Shown: positions 18,391 to 29,337, counted from the first letter of the stretch. The stretch: DNA of 64,000 nucleotides from an uncultured Candidatus Saccharibacteria bacterium (GCA_964507625.1 CAZDPR010000003.1:15101-79100), one strand, 5' to 3'. Numbers and translations: made by a program. The notes: generated by a model from the sequence alone, not told the origin.

Positions 18391-19242
18391 ATGTTCCCTA
18401 TCCAACCATTTGAAATCCCAGAACCACTGCGTCATATTCCACAATCACCTAAACAATTATCCATTCGTGGCACATTTCCTGATATGAAAAAATTCACCTT
18501 CCTGACTGTGGTCGGACCACGCAATTACACCAGCTATGGTGAGGATGTGTGTCGAACACTCATTGCAGGACTTGCAGGATACCCTATTGTGATTGTGTCA
18601 GGACTCGCACATGGAATTGATCGGATTGCGCACGAATCCGCGCTGGATAATAATCTCATCACCGTTGCGTTCCCTGGATCAGGACTTGATGATAATGCTC
18701 TCTACCCAAAAACAAATTTTAACCTGGCCATGCGAATACTGGAATCTGGTGGAGCGCTCGTTTCTGAATTCAAAGACAACGAAGGCGGTCTCACCTGGAT
18801 GTTCCCTACTCGTAATCGACTAATGGCAGGATTATCGGTTGCAACACTCGTAATCGAGGCAGAACATAAATCAGGTACCCGTATCACTGCACGACTGGCA
18901 ACGGAATATAATCGGGATGTACTGGCAGTACCAGGAAATATTTTTTCCAAAAATTCAGAAGGAACGAATGAATTAATTAGACTCGGCGCAACACCAATCA
19001 CCTGTGCGAACGATATCCTGGAAGCACTGGGATTCCACATTACCGAAACCGCCCCAATGGATTTATTTTCACAATGTAGCCCAGAAGAACAATCAGTCAT
19101 TGAATTACTCAATACTCCAAAAATGAAGGGGGATCTGATCCGTGAAATGGGCATCCCTGTCCACAAGGCAAACATTCTGCTGTCACAAATGGAATTGAAT
19201 GGATTGATTAAAGATGTTGGTGGTGAGATACGGAGAACTTGA
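18391..19242 (+). CDS. dprA: DNA-processing protein DprA
   Basis: VSGLAHGID, FPTRNRLMAGLS, AVPGNIF. Confidence 0.96.
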   Translation: MFPIQPFEIPEPLRHIPQSPKQLSIRGTFPDMKKFTFLTVVGPRNYTSYGEDVCRTLIAGLAGYPIVIVSGLAHGIDRIAHESALDNNLITVAFPGSGLDDNALYPKTNFNLAMRILESGGALVSEFKDNEGGLTWMFPTRNRLMAGLSVATLVIEAEHKSGTRITARLATEYNRDVLAVPGNIFSKNSEGTNELIRLGATPITCANDILEALGFHITETAPMDLFSQCSPEEQSVIELLNTPKMKGDLIREMGIPVHKANILLSQMELNGLIKDVGGEIRRT

Positions 19243-19289
19243 CAAATATTTTTGTATATGCTAATATATTTTAAATAAAATCAAATACC

Positions 19290-19550
19290 ATGAAATTAAA
19301 AGCAAGAGATCCTTTGAAAATCTTATTCATAGGAAGAAGAAATTTTGAATTCCCAAATCAATTCAAGAATGGAGAATCTCATATTGGACCCTTACAAGAA
19401 GATTTTACCCATTTTGGAAATTCTATTAAAGTAGGAAATTTTCAAACAGACGCAGTTCTCTATCTCACACCTACAAATGACAGGAGGTTAATAGTAGAGA
19501 CTGAAACATCTTATTTTTTACTTGAGTCCGTACAGGATTGTGAAAAATAG
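19290..19550 (+). CDS. hypothetical protein (ORFan) between dprA and topA
   Basis: 86 aa; TTGACA overlaps the dprA stop codon; terminator ACTACC-GCAA-GGTAGT. Confidence 0.65.
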   Translation: MKLKARDPLKILFIGRRNFEFPNQFKNGESHIGPLQEDFTHFGNSIKVGNFQTDAVLYLTPTNDRRLIVETETSYFLLESVQDCEK

Positions 19551-19648
19551 ACACCAAACTACCGCAAGGTAGTTTTATTAAATTTGCCAAACTTGCCTCT
19601 TTCGTGGTATGTAGTAAAACATTACTCAATCTAAGGTTGTACTATTCT

Positions 19649-22102
19649 ATGAAACTATTAATTGTCGAATCCCCAAGTAAAGCAAAAACTATTGAAAAAT
19701 ACTTGGACGGAAAATACACCGTCCGTGCATCAATCGGACATGTGCGTGATTTACCAAAAACCAATCGTGATGCAATTGATATCCCTGGTGGATTTATTCC
19801 CCGTTATGAAATTTCTGCGGGTAAAGGAAAAGTTATTTCTGAATTACAATCTCTTGCCAAACGCGCTGACGAAGTCATTCTTTCTCCTGATCCCGACCGT
19901 GAAGGTGAAGCTATTGCGTGGCATTTACAGGAACTCCTCCATGATGCAAAAATTACCGCACCGATTAAACGGGTTACCTTTAACGAAATCACTAAAGACG
20001 CGGTTATCGAGGCACTCAATCACCCTCGCGATGTTGATCGTAAATTAGTAGCAGCACAGGAAGCCCGTCGAGTACTGGATCGATTGGTGGGATATGATTT
20101 ATCAGGACTCATCTGGAAAAAGGTACGCTATGGGTTATCAGCAGGACGCGTACAATCCCCTGCGCTCCGTATTATTATGGAACGTGAACGGGAAATTCGC
20201 GCATTCGTCCCAGAAACATATTGGACAATCCAAGGTAATTTTTCTGCAGGAAAAGAAACATTCCCATTAACTTGTACCGAAGAACCTCGTGATATCAATG
20301 AAGTCAAAAGAATACTCGACCTTACCAAAAAACAACCTTGGTCAATTACTGATATCAAAACCAGTGAACAAAAAAGATCTCCTCGCGCACCGTTTACCAC
20401 ATCAACATTACAACAAACCGCTTCCACTCGATTAGGACTTTCTCCTTCACGTACGATGCAATTAGCGCAAAAATTATACGAAGCCGGACACATTACCTAT
20501 ATGCGTACGGATAGTACAAACCTAAGTAAACAAGCCCAAGGGCAGATTCTCCATTTTGTAGAAAAAGAACTCGGGAAAGAATTTGTACAACCACGCACCT
20601 ATGCAACAAAATCAAAAAACGCACAAGAAGCCCACGAAGCAATTCGTCCATCATCAATAGCTAAAAAAATAGCCGGAGCAAACCCAGCAGAACAATCGCT
20701 ATATAAAATAATTTGGGAACGTACGGTTGCATCACAAATGGCAGACGCGACACTATTGAAAACAAAACTGGTAGCAAACATTGATACAAAAAACATTCCC
20801 GATTTTACTGCAAACGGATCCAGAATTATTTTCCCTGGATGGTTAACGGTTGATACGGGTGCCCGTGGTGAAGACGTAGAGTTGCCAAAATTATCCGTCG
20901 GACAAACTATTCAATTAATTGATATTACCGAAACAGAAAAAGCAACCCAACCACCTAATCGATATAGTGAAGCAGGACTCATCAAAGAATTAGAAGAACG
21001 AGGTATCGGCCGACCATCTACCTATGCATCTATTATGCGAACGTTGGAAGATCGTGAATATGTACGCAAGGAAGGCAGGACCCTGTTCCCAACCGATACT
21101 GGGGATGTTGTTTCTAGTTTCTTGGAACATAATTTCCCAACCTATATTAGTGATACATTCACCGCAGAAATGGAAAATGAACTGGATGATATCGCAAATG
21201 GTAAACGAGACTATACCAAAACCCTTGCTGATTTTTATACCCCATTTTCTGCAGAAGTTGCAGAAAAAGATAAACTTGCGAAAGCAACTCACCTGGGTGA
21301 TGCGGAATCACATCTTATTTGTCCAAAATGTGGTGCATCTATGATGATTAAACTGGGTCGCACCGGTAAATTCCTATCATGTACTCGATACCCACAGTGT
21401 GATGGAGCACTGACTATGGACGGTACCGAAATTGGAAAAGAAAAACCATTAGGATATCACCCAAAAACCAACGATCCAATTTATGTATTATCAGGACGAT
21501 TTGGTGCATATGTACAACAAGGTGACGCACCAGAGGTTCCAAAACTCACTAAATTCCCCAAGGGTCATAAAAAAACTGACGCCGACAAAGAATTAATAAA
21601 ACAAGAAAAAGAATCCATAGCGCAAGCAAAATTACTCCCGCAACCGCGCCGTGCATCATTACCTGCACGAATGAAACCTGCTGATGTAACACTCGACATT
21701 GCACTCAAATTATTGGAACTCCCACGGGAATTAGGAAACGACCCAACGACCGGAGAACCTATCATTGCCAATATTGGGAAATTTGGTCCCTACGTAGGAC
21801 GAGGACGAGAATTCAGATCACTCAAAAAAGGATTTGATCCGTATACCATAACACTCGACGAAGCAATTACAATTATTAATACTCCAAAACAATTACCTAA
21901 AGGAACAGAACTAGTAACGACATTCATTCATCCAAAAAGTAAGAAGGAAATGCAGGTATTAAAATCAAAATCAGGAACATTTATCAAATCAGGATTAAAA
22001 CGAATCTATCTACCTGATAATTTTGATATCACAAATGCAACTGCAGATGAGTTCGCCGCGTTGTTAAGCACTGAAACAGTAAAGAAAAAAGGTGGAAAAT
22101 AA
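19649..22102 (+). CDS. topA: DNA topoisomerase I
   Basis: LIVESPSK, DPDREGE, SAGRVQS, ITYMRTDS, QEAHEAIRP. Confidence 0.98.
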   Translation: MKLLIVESPSKAKTIEKYLDGKYTVRASIGHVRDLPKTNRDAIDIPGGFIPRYEISAGKGKVISELQSLAKRADEVILSPDPDREGEAIAWHLQELLHDAKITAPIKRVTFNEITKDAVIEALNHPRDVDRKLVAAQEARRVLDRLVGYDLSGLIWKKVRYGLSAGRVQSPALRIIMEREREIRAFVPETYWTIQGNFSAGKETFPLTCTEEPRDINEVKRILDLTKKQPWSITDIKTSEQKRSPRAPFTTSTLQQTASTRLGLSPSRTMQLAQKLYEAGHITYMRTDSTNLSKQAQGQILHFVEKELGKEFVQPRTYATKSKNAQEAHEAIRPSSIAKKIAGANPAEQSLYKIIWERTVASQMADATLLKTKLVANIDTKNIPDFTANGSRIIFPGWLTVDTGARGEDVELPKLSVGQTIQLIDITETEKATQPPNRYSEAGLIKELEERGIGRPSTYASIMRTLEDREYVRKEGRTLFPTDTGDVVSSFLEHNFPTYISDTFTAEMENELDDIANGKRDYTKTLADFYTPFSAEVAEKDKLAKATHLGDAESHLICPKCGASMMIKLGRTGKFLSCTRYPQCDGALTMDGTEIGKEKPLGYHPKTNDPIYVLSGRFGAYVQQGDAPEVPKLTKFPKGHKKTDADKELIKQEKESIAQAKLLPQPRRASLPARMKPADVTLDIALKLLELPRELGNDPTTGEPIIANIGKFGPYVGRGREFRSLKKGFDPYTITLDEAITIINTPKQLPKGTELVTTFIHPKSKKEMQVLKSKSGTFIKSGLKRIYLPDNFDITNATADEFAALLSTETVKKKGGK

Positions 22103-22153
22103 AAAAGAGCCCGTGCATAGCACGAGCTTTTTATTTAAAAAATTAATTTATAT

Positions 22154-22516
22154 TTATAAAAGTTCCGGTTCAAGTCGAACAAATGCAGACTCAAGCCCTC
22201 CGAAAAGGGCATCAATGTCATGCTTTGAACATGTTGAAACTTTTGTTCCAGCATATTCAAACGACATTTCGCCATTTTCAAATATAACATTTTTGAAACC
22301 ATATTTCTGCAAAAATTGCAGAATAGTTTCTTTCTTTTGCTCCCATGGAAGATTAAGAAAATCTCGGGAATAGTTTTGAAAATGTTGTATCGAACTATAA
22401 TACTTCGATAGTTTTTCAAACCATTGTTGACATAGATCGTTAGTTTTAACTGACTTAGTCTCAACCTGATTTACTCTCACAGGTTTTGCACCAATTACTT
22501 TTATTCTTCCTCTCAT
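22154..22516 (-). CDS. hypothetical protein (ORFan)
   Basis: 120 aa; consensus TTGACA-17-TATAAT upstream. Confidence 0.65.
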   Translation of the reverse strand: MRGRIKVIGAKPVRVNQVETKSVKTNDLCQQWFEKLSKYYSSIQHFQNYSRDFLNLPWEQKKETILQFLQKYGFKNVIFENGEMSFEYAGTKVSTCSKHDIDALFGGLESAFVRLEPELL

Positions 22517-22576
22517 TGTATGAATTTTAAATGTTCTAAATAATTATATCACAATATAAATTATTGTCAACATATC

Positions 22577-22585
22577 TGTGGATAA
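22577..22585 (-). promoter_or_regulatory. DnaA box (TTATCCACA)
   Basis: perfect 9-mer match, intergenic, single copy here. Confidence 0.4.
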
Positions 22586-22615
22586 CTAAAAAACGCCTTG
22601 TAATCAAAGCGTTTT

Positions 22616-23725
22616 TTAGATCTTAAATTCTATAACATCTCCATCTTTTACAATGTATTCCTTCCCTTCTGTTCGCACTAACCCTCTCCCTTTTGCTTCA
22701 CCAAAAGATCCAGCATCCAATAACTCTTTCCAAAAAATAACTTCAGCACGGATGAATTTGGTTTGGAAATCAGTGTGAATTGCCGCGGCCGCAACAGGAG
22801 CCGTTGAACCGTCTTTGATTGTCCATGCGCGGGTTTCTTTTTCACCAGTTGTAAAATACGTCGCAAGTCCGAGGAGTTTATATGATTTTTTAATCAATGT
22901 ATCTACTCCGTCATCTGCATGTCCAATTTCTGCACGCATCATTTCTTTATCATCACCTTCAAATTCAGATAATTCTTGTTCAATTTTTGCATCTAATACT
23001 ACCCACTCTGAACCATAACTTTCAATTTCCTGACAAATCTGAGCGAATTTTCCTGGATCAGTTTCATCGAGATTTTTACCTCCTGTTCGTTTATTCAAAC
23101 CATAAATAAATTTTTTCAAAGTAAGCAAATTCAATTGCTTGGCAACTTTTTGTTCTTCATCATTCAGCACAACACTGTTTGCCATTTTTTCTGCAGAAAG
23201 TGCTTCAAAAAATTTTTTTGCAACTGATTCTTCAAACATTGCTACTTTATCGCCTCGTTTTACATCACGCTGTAAATTAGCAATTCTTTTTTCTACAGTT
23301 TCCAAATCTGCCAAAATTAATTCCATATTAATCACCTTGATATCTCGCAATGGATCAATTTCACCATACACATGATTAATAGATTCTTTGCCATCTGCTA
23401 CTGCAAAAATCCGCACCATTTCAAGTATGGCATCTACCTCACGGATATGGGCAAGGAATTTATTTCCCAACCCTTCACCTTTACTGGCACCTGCTACCAA
23501 TCCTGCAATATCTACGAATTCAATGGCTGCGGGAATTGTTTTTTGAGTATTTGAAAAAGCGGCAAGTGCATATAATCGTTCATCAGGAACAGAAACAATA
23601 CCGACTGATGGATCGATAGTACAAAATGGATAATTTTCTGCTGGTACACACTTTTTGGTAAGCGCATTAAACAAGGTGGATTTTCCAACATTAGGAAGAC
23701 CTACAATTCCGATTGAGAGTGACAT
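22616..23725 (-). CDS. ychF: redox-regulated ATPase YchF
   Basis: GIVGLPNVGKST, NYPFCTIDP, DIAGLV, EGKEYIVKDGD. Confidence 0.97.
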   Translation of the reverse strand: MSLSIGIVGLPNVGKSTLFNALTKKCVPAENYPFCTIDPSVGIVSVPDERLYALAAFSNTQKTIPAAIEFVDIAGLVAGASKGEGLGNKFLAHIREVDAILEMVRIFAVADGKESINHVYGEIDPLRDIKVINMELILADLETVEKRIANLQRDVKRGDKVAMFEESVAKKFFEALSAEKMANSVVLNDEEQKVAKQLNLLTLKKFIYGLNKRTGGKNLDETDPGKFAQICQEIESYGSEWVVLDAKIEQELSEFEGDDKEMMRAEIGHADDGVDTLIKKSYKLLGLATYFTTGEKETRAWTIKDGSTAPVAAAAIHTDFQTKFIRAEVIFWKELLDAGSFGEAKGRGLVRTEGKEYIVKDGDVIEFKI

Positions 23726-23783
23726 ATGGTTGGTACTGTACGCTATTTTTATCAAAATTTCAAGTAAAAATAACCCTTCCGGG

Positions 23784-24020
23784 TTATTTTTGTGTCATAA
23801 TTTTCTGTAATTCTGCCTGATGTTCACGCATAACTGTCATCATCGCTGCCTGTTCACTGATTCCTTGTTTTTTCTTGGCTTCTACTTCGTTTTGAATCTT
23901 TTTAAAGAAATCTGGGTTTTTCTGCACTACTTCTAATATCATATCAATTTGTTCATCAGTAACCCCCATTCCTTTTAATTTTGAACCAAGCATTTTTTTA
24001 AGAATAAATTTTTGAAACAT
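23784..24020 (-). CDS. small conserved-looking hypothetical protein
   Basis: 78 aa helical ORF (KNPDFFKKI..AAMMTVM). Confidence 0.75.
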   Translation of the reverse strand: MFQKFILKKMLGSKLKGMGVTDEQIDMILEVVQKNPDFFKKIQNEVEAKKKQGISEQAAMMTVMREHQAELQKIMTQK

Positions 24021-24130
24021 ATATCGATATAGTATCACAAAACCACAAATTCAAAAACTTGACAATATCCTCAATATTTACTAATATTTGAAATAAGACA
24101 ACATTGTCCCTCATTTTAAAACTTACAACC

Positions 24131-24271
24131 ATGGAACAATTAGTTGAATTTTTGTTTCAAAAAGAAACATTAGAAGCTTTCCTTAAATTCGCTCTCGCAT
24201 GCGGATCAGCAATGATCCTCGGCGGGAAAATAAAAAACAGAAAACATACAAAGTATGAATCGGAACAATAA
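24131..24271 (+). CDS. 46-aa small protein absent from the ORF track
   Basis: MEQLVEFLFQKETLEAFLKFALACGSAMILGGKIKNRKHTKYESEQ; TTGACA-17-TAATAT upstream; terminator CCGCGA-GCAA-TCGCGG-T7. Confidence 0.55.
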   Translation: MEQLVEFLFQKETLEAFLKFALACGSAMILGGKIKNRKHTKYESEQ

Positions 24272-24316
24272 AACATCCGCGAGCAATCGCGGTTTTTTTA
24301 TGTTAGGATAGTACTG

Positions 24317-24895
24317 ATGAAAAAATTTACCACCCTCCATGAACTTCATGCTCATTTTCACACAGTCAATACTTGCAGTTTAAAAGCAGATGCAAATCCT
24401 GTGTTTGGTGACGGAAATCCAGAATCAGCTATTGTATTCATCGGTGAAGCCCCTGGGAAAAAGGAGAACGAAACAGGAAAACCATTTATGGGTGCAGCAG
24501 GAAAATTTTTAAATGAAATGCTTGCCAGTATTAAACTGAACCGTGATGATATTTATATTACCAATATTGTAAAATATCGCCCACCCAATAATCGTGATCC
24601 AAAACCTGATGAAAAAGAATCGTGTGCGGATTGGCTCCGTGCAGAAATTACCTTTATCCAACCAAAACTCATTGTGTTTTTAGGGAGACATTCCATGAAC
24701 CATTTTTTCCCCGATTTAGTAATATCAGAAACTCACGGGAAACTCATCCATCAAACAATTCCAGACTTTCCTTGTGATTATTTCCTCCCATTCTATCACC
24801 CAGCAGCAGCGCTCTATAATGGAGGACTCCGCACGGAACTGATAAAAGATTTTAAAAAAATTCCCAAAATACTACAAAAAATAAAAAACGCATGA
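24317..24895 (+). CDS. udg: uracil-DNA glycosylase, family 4
   Basis: FIGEAPG..E..G.PF.G, ITNIVKYRPPNNRDP, YHPAA. Confidence 0.93.
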   Translation: MKKFTTLHELHAHFHTVNTCSLKADANPVFGDGNPESAIVFIGEAPGKKENETGKPFMGAAGKFLNEMLASIKLNRDDIYITNIVKYRPPNNRDPKPDEKESCADWLRAEITFIQPKLIVFLGRHSMNHFFPDLVISETHGKLIHQTIPDFPCDYFLPFYHPAAALYNGGLRTELIKDFKKIPKILQKIKNA

Positions 24896-24903
24896 TGCGT
24901 TTT

Positions 24904-26091
24904 TTATTTAAATGGATTCAATCGAATCACTTTTGATAACGGGAGAATAGAAATAAAATATTTAAGATCGATAATTTTCCGTAACCATGACGATAATTTT
25001 CCAGCAATGACTATACCACCTACCGCAGTAATAGACCATCCATGACCAACACCGATATTGTATGCAACAGGTTTGGGTTGATATGATTGGTATGACTTCC
25101 CTAATATTTTTTGTGTGATTACATAGGCAACATAATTACCATTATGAATAGCAGTCTGTGCTAATCCTGAATATTCCGTATCAGCAATATCTCCGATAAA
25201 AAAACAATTTTCTTGATCTTTTGCTTCGAGGTATTCATTAACTTGAACACGACTTTTCTTTTGCAGAATAATATTTGAAGTTTGATTTACTAATTCATTA
25301 CTGACTGTTCCTGCTGTCCAGATCAATGTTTTTGCACCTAGTGTCATATCAGCCAACGCCACGGTCCATGAACCCTGCTTTAATAATTGACGATTACATA
25401 AAATATTTACCCCTAATTGGCGTAATCGTTTGGTAGCAAGTTGTTGCACTTTTTCTGGCATCATAGGTAATATACGCCCTGCCCCTTCAATAATATCAAC
25501 CGTTACTAATGATTCATCCAGCTTATGTTCTTTACATAAATGTTTTGCATATACTGCAAGTTCTCCTGCTAAATCTACCCCGTTTGGTCCAGCACCTACA
25601 ACAACAAAATGAAGCCCTACCACACAATCTGCAACATCTCCATTATCACAATGTTTTGCAAATAAAGTTTGAATGTGAGTTCGTAATCGTTCTGCGTGGG
25701 TAGTATTTTGAAATGGAAACGACATATCTGCTAATCCTTGAATTCCAAAAAAGTTTGATTCTGAACCAACTGCCATTATCAAATAATCTGCTTGCATTGT
25801 TTCACCAGACGCAAGAGTGATTGTTTTTGTGCTTGTATCGCACCCTATTACTTTTTCTATGACTAACTGCACTTTATGATTTGAAAAAATATCCTCTAAA
25901 GGAATACGATGATAAGATACTGGACCTTTGATAGATAAGTACCCATGGAGTGCGGGATAATATTCAAAAGATGACCGGTCTGAAATAAGTATAATTTCAA
26001 TTCCCAGCTTTTTAGATCGTTTAGATAATTGAAGCGCAGTTTGTATTCCTGCAAATCCTCCACCCACAATAATCACTTTTTTTGTCTGCAT
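24904..26091 (-). CDS. ndh: type II NADH dehydrogenase-like FAD oxidoreductase
   Basis: two dinucleotide-binding motifs GGGFAG and VVGAGPNG; IGD; LAQTA. Confidence 0.88.
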   Translation of the reverse strand: MQTKKVIIVGGGFAGIQTALQLSKRSKKLGIEIILISDRSSFEYYPALHGYLSIKGPVSYHRIPLEDIFSNHKVQLVIEKVIGCDTSTKTITLASGETMQADYLIMAVGSESNFFGIQGLADMSFPFQNTTHAERLRTHIQTLFAKHCDNGDVADCVVGLHFVVVGAGPNGVDLAGELAVYAKHLCKEHKLDESLVTVDIIEGAGRILPMMPEKVQQLATKRLRQLGVNILCNRQLLKQGSWTVALADMTLGAKTLIWTAGTVSNELVNQTSNIILQKKSRVQVNEYLEAKDQENCFFIGDIADTEYSGLAQTAIHNGNYVAYVITQKILGKSYQSYQPKPVAYNIGVGHGWSITAVGGIVIAGKLSSWLRKIIDLKYFISILPLSKVIRLNPFK

Positions 26092-26164
26092 ATAGAAAAA
26101 AGTATACCATACTTTATGTAAAAAATAGGAAGAATATGATAGAATATGATTATCCCTCTACCGA

Positions 26165-26190
26165 GTAAGATTTTTGATTCTTATTCGTCT
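26165..26190 (+). promoter_or_regulatory. putative ECF-sigma autoregulatory promoter GTAAGA...CGTCT
   Basis: ECF-like -35/-10 pair ending 6-7 nt before the sigma ATG. Confidence 0.45.
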
Positions 26191-26196
26191 TTATCT

Positions 26197-26736
26197 ATGA
26201 ACCGTTCTTATGATGAAAATGCTTTTATAAAGCTCTATAATGACCATTCTGACGAAATATTTCGTTATTGTTATATTCGTATTAAAGATCGAAATAAAGC
26301 ACTTGACATAACTCAGGATGTATTTTTTAAACTTTGGAATGAATATCGTAAAAACCCGAAGAGGTTTTTTGAAAAAACGAGCATGAAAGCGTTTATGTTT
26401 CGAGTAACTCGCAATACACTGATTGATGCTACGAGAAAAAAACAATCTATTCCGTTTTCCTCATTTATGGATTCTGAATCAGAATCATCTGTAGAACCGG
26501 TCATTGTAACCACTCCACAACAACAACCAGAAGCAAAATACGCAGTCCAAGAATTCATTGAATACCTTGAATTACTGGATGCTCATCATAAAGAAATTCT
26601 TATATATCGATATATTAATGAATATACTATCCCAGAAATTGCAGATATATTGCAAATTTCAGAAAATGCAACTTCGGTGAGAATCCACCGAGCGGTCGAA
26701 CATGCCCGTAATAAACTCAAAGAATTTTATGAATAA
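26197..26736 (+). CDS. ECF RNA polymerase sigma factor
   Basis: region 2 (DITQDVFFKLW) and region 4 (TIPEIADIL..VRIHRA). Confidence 0.92.
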   Translation: MNRSYDENAFIKLYNDHSDEIFRYCYIRIKDRNKALDITQDVFFKLWNEYRKNPKRFFEKTSMKAFMFRVTRNTLIDATRKKQSIPFSSFMDSESESSVEPVIVTTPQQQPEAKYAVQEFIEYLELLDAHHKEILIYRYINEYTIPEIADILQISENATSVRIHRAVEHARNKLKEFYE

Positions 26737-27814
26737 TATTTTTGAAAAACTTTTTTCTCTTGGTAAAAACATTAGGATGACTGAATCAGAAAAAAACAAG
26801 ATTCGTCATAACCTTGTAGTACATATGAATCATCGTCCTGTACAAACACCAAGTATCTATTTTTTCCGAACTGCAATTATCGGAGCTTTTGCAATGCTTC
26901 TTTTTATTAGTTCTGGAACCACTATGGTAGCATCAGCACAAAAATCACTCCCTGGGGAATTTCTCTACCCTCTCAAGCGAGCAAGTGAATCAGTAAAAAA
27001 AATCACTCTCAGTAGTGCAATAGAAAAAGCAGATTACGAAATTGAACTCATTGAAAAACGTTTTGCAGAAGCAAATACTCTTCTCCAAGAAAAAAAACTT
27101 GATCCAAAAATTGAAACCATGATTAGTAATTCAATTAAAGACCACAGTAAAAACCTTGAGAAAGAAACAATAAAATTAACATCGATTAACCCTGCAGAAG
27201 CATTTGCACTCAATACTCGATTACAGGGGCTTCTCGAAACACAAACCAATGAACTATTAGCGGTAGCAACTCTGACAAATAATAGTAGTGATATCATGAC
27301 ATTATCAGATCCAGTAAAACCAACACTACTTGCACTTGCAACCTATGAAGAATCGCAAAAAGTAATTGAAAAACAAAAGAAAATAGAAGAAGTAATTTTA
27401 GTCGACGCAACCAGTAGTACTCAGTCATTAGCTGAAGAAAAATATACTGCAATCCTTGCTCGTGTAGATCAGTATCCAGATTTATTCACAATTTCGAATA
27501 CGTTCAAGTCTAAAATGATAGATACTTCTTCGACAGTATCCCTATTTTCTACAGATCCTGTAATCCTCTCTAAAGAAATACACACCTCAGTTCCATCTAT
27601 AAATACACTATCTTCTGATATTTCGAGAGAAGTAACAGTAACACTCCCAGATTTATTAGAACAAATAAAACAAGCATATACTGAAAAACAATATGGAAAA
27701 ATTATCATTCTTGCAAATGATATTGAAAAACAGATCAGTGAAACAGTAAAGAAAATACCGTCCGTAGTAGAGCCAATTTCTGTAATCACCCCCGAAACAC
27801 CATTATTACCATAG
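26729..27814 (+). CDS. DUF5667-like putative anti-sigma membrane protein
   Basis: overlaps the sigma stop; TM segment then SLPGEFLYPLKRASE motif. Confidence 0.75.
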   Translation: MNNIFEKLFSLGKNIRMTESEKNKIRHNLVVHMNHRPVQTPSIYFFRTAIIGAFAMLLFISSGTTMVASAQKSLPGEFLYPLKRASESVKKITLSSAIEKADYEIELIEKRFAEANTLLQEKKLDPKIETMISNSIKDHSKNLEKETIKLTSINPAEAFALNTRLQGLLETQTNELLAVATLTNNSSDIMTLSDPVKPTLLALATYEESQKVIEKQKKIEEVILVDATSSTQSLAEEKYTAILARVDQYPDLFTISNTFKSKMIDTSSTVSLFSTDPVILSKEIHTSVPSINTLSSDISREVTVTLPDLLEQIKQAYTEKQYGKIIILANDIEKQISETVKKIPSVVEPISVITPETPLLP

Positions 27815-27877
27815 TTAAGAAAAGCTGTTCTCTAACAGCTTTTCTTTTTGATTAAAAAATACTATAGTAATACCACT

Positions 27878-29332
27878 ATGAATCCATTCGTGGAAAAAAT
27901 TACACAACTCATCCCTGATATTTCCATAGATGATACAAACCGTATTCACCGTGCGGTTGTTTTTGCTGAACAATTTCATAAAGACCAAAAACGTAATAGT
28001 GGTGAACCGTACGTAACTCATGCGATTGCTGTTGCGTGTCACTTGGCAGAAATAAAAGCTGATATACCTACTATTATCGCTGGAATCCTCCATGATACAC
28101 TAGAAGACACATCAGCTACTGAAATTGATATTGAGCGCGAATTTGGTACTGAAATACTTACCTTGGTGCAAGGAGTTACTAAACTTGGTCACCTGAAATA
28201 CAAAGGAGCTGAACGTCATGCTGAATCACTCAGAAAATTTTTTATTGCAAGCGCTAATGATATCCGTGTGGTTGCAATCAAACTCGCTGATAGGCTCCAC
28301 AACATTGCTACCCTTTCCCATATTCCAAAAGAAAAACAGCATCGTATCGCACTTGAAACGCTCGAAATTTATGCACGGTTAGCAGATCGATTAGGGATGG
28401 GGCGAATGAAAGCACAGCTGGAAGATCTTGCCTTTCCCTTTGCCTACCCCGAAGAACACAATCGAGTAAAAACTATTCTCGAAAACTATCAAACTTTTTC
28501 TGAACCTCATTTAGCAAAAGTTGCGGAAACATTAAAAGAAGAATTAGAAATACTCGAAGCAGACATTACTCGACTCGACTATCGAGTAAAGCATGTATAT
28601 AGTTTATGGAAAAAATTAGTATACAATAATTATGACATCAATCAAATTCATGATATTTTAGCACTCCGTATTTTAGTTCCAACAGTATCAGACTGCTATC
28701 AGGCTTTAGGTATTATTCACGGACTCTATAAACCACTTCCAGGCCGTTTCAAGGACTACATCGCACTTCCAAAACCTAACGGATACCAATCGCTCCATAC
28801 AACCATTTTTGACGGTATGGGGGGTATTGTAGAGATTCAAATACGCACCAATGAAATGCACCAAGAAGCCGAATTTGGTATCTATTCCCATGTACAATAC
28901 AAAGAAAAACAGCGCGGAATAGCCGGATCAAAAACAGAATGGACTCAACAATTATTGGAAGCTCAAAAAACAATGCAAAAACCTGAAGAATTTATTAATC
29001 ATTTAAAACTAGATTTTTTCCAGGAACGAGTCTTCATCTATACTCCAAAAGGTGATGTTATTGAACTACCTCGTGGAGCTGTGGTATTAGACTTTGCATA
29101 TCGTATTCATTCTGATATTGGGAATCATGCCACTGGAGGAAAAATTAATGGAAAAATGTCATCGTTAGATAGCGAGCTCACCCAGGGTGATATTGTAGAA
29201 ATTATCCATAACGAAAAGCAACGACCCAATCGTAAATGGATTGATATGTGTAAAACTTCACTTGCCCGTGGACATATCAAACGATATCTGAAAGAACATG
29301 GTGGCATGATGGATAAATTTTTTGTAAAATAA
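27878..29332 (+). CDS. rel: RelA/SpoT bifunctional (p)ppGpp synthetase/hydrolase (HD-SYNTH-TGS)
   Basis: HDTLED, RFKDY, YQSLHT, EIQIRT, DFAYRIH. Confidence 0.95.
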   Translation: MNPFVEKITQLIPDISIDDTNRIHRAVVFAEQFHKDQKRNSGEPYVTHAIAVACHLAEIKADIPTIIAGILHDTLEDTSATEIDIEREFGTEILTLVQGVTKLGHLKYKGAERHAESLRKFFIASANDIRVVAIKLADRLHNIATLSHIPKEKQHRIALETLEIYARLADRLGMGRMKAQLEDLAFPFAYPEEHNRVKTILENYQTFSEPHLAKVAETLKEELEILEADITRLDYRVKHVYSLWKKLVYNNYDINQIHDILALRILVPTVSDCYQALGIIHGLYKPLPGRFKDYIALPKPNGYQSLHTTIFDGMGGIVEIQIRTNEMHQEAEFGIYSHVQYKEKQRGIAGSKTEWTQQLLEAQKTMQKPEEFINHLKLDFFQERVFIYTPKGDVIELPRGAVVLDFAYRIHSDIGNHATGGKINGKMSSLDSELTQGDIVEIIHNEKQRPNRKWIDMCKTSLARGHIKRYLKEHGGMMDKFFVK

Positions 29333-29337
29333 AAACC

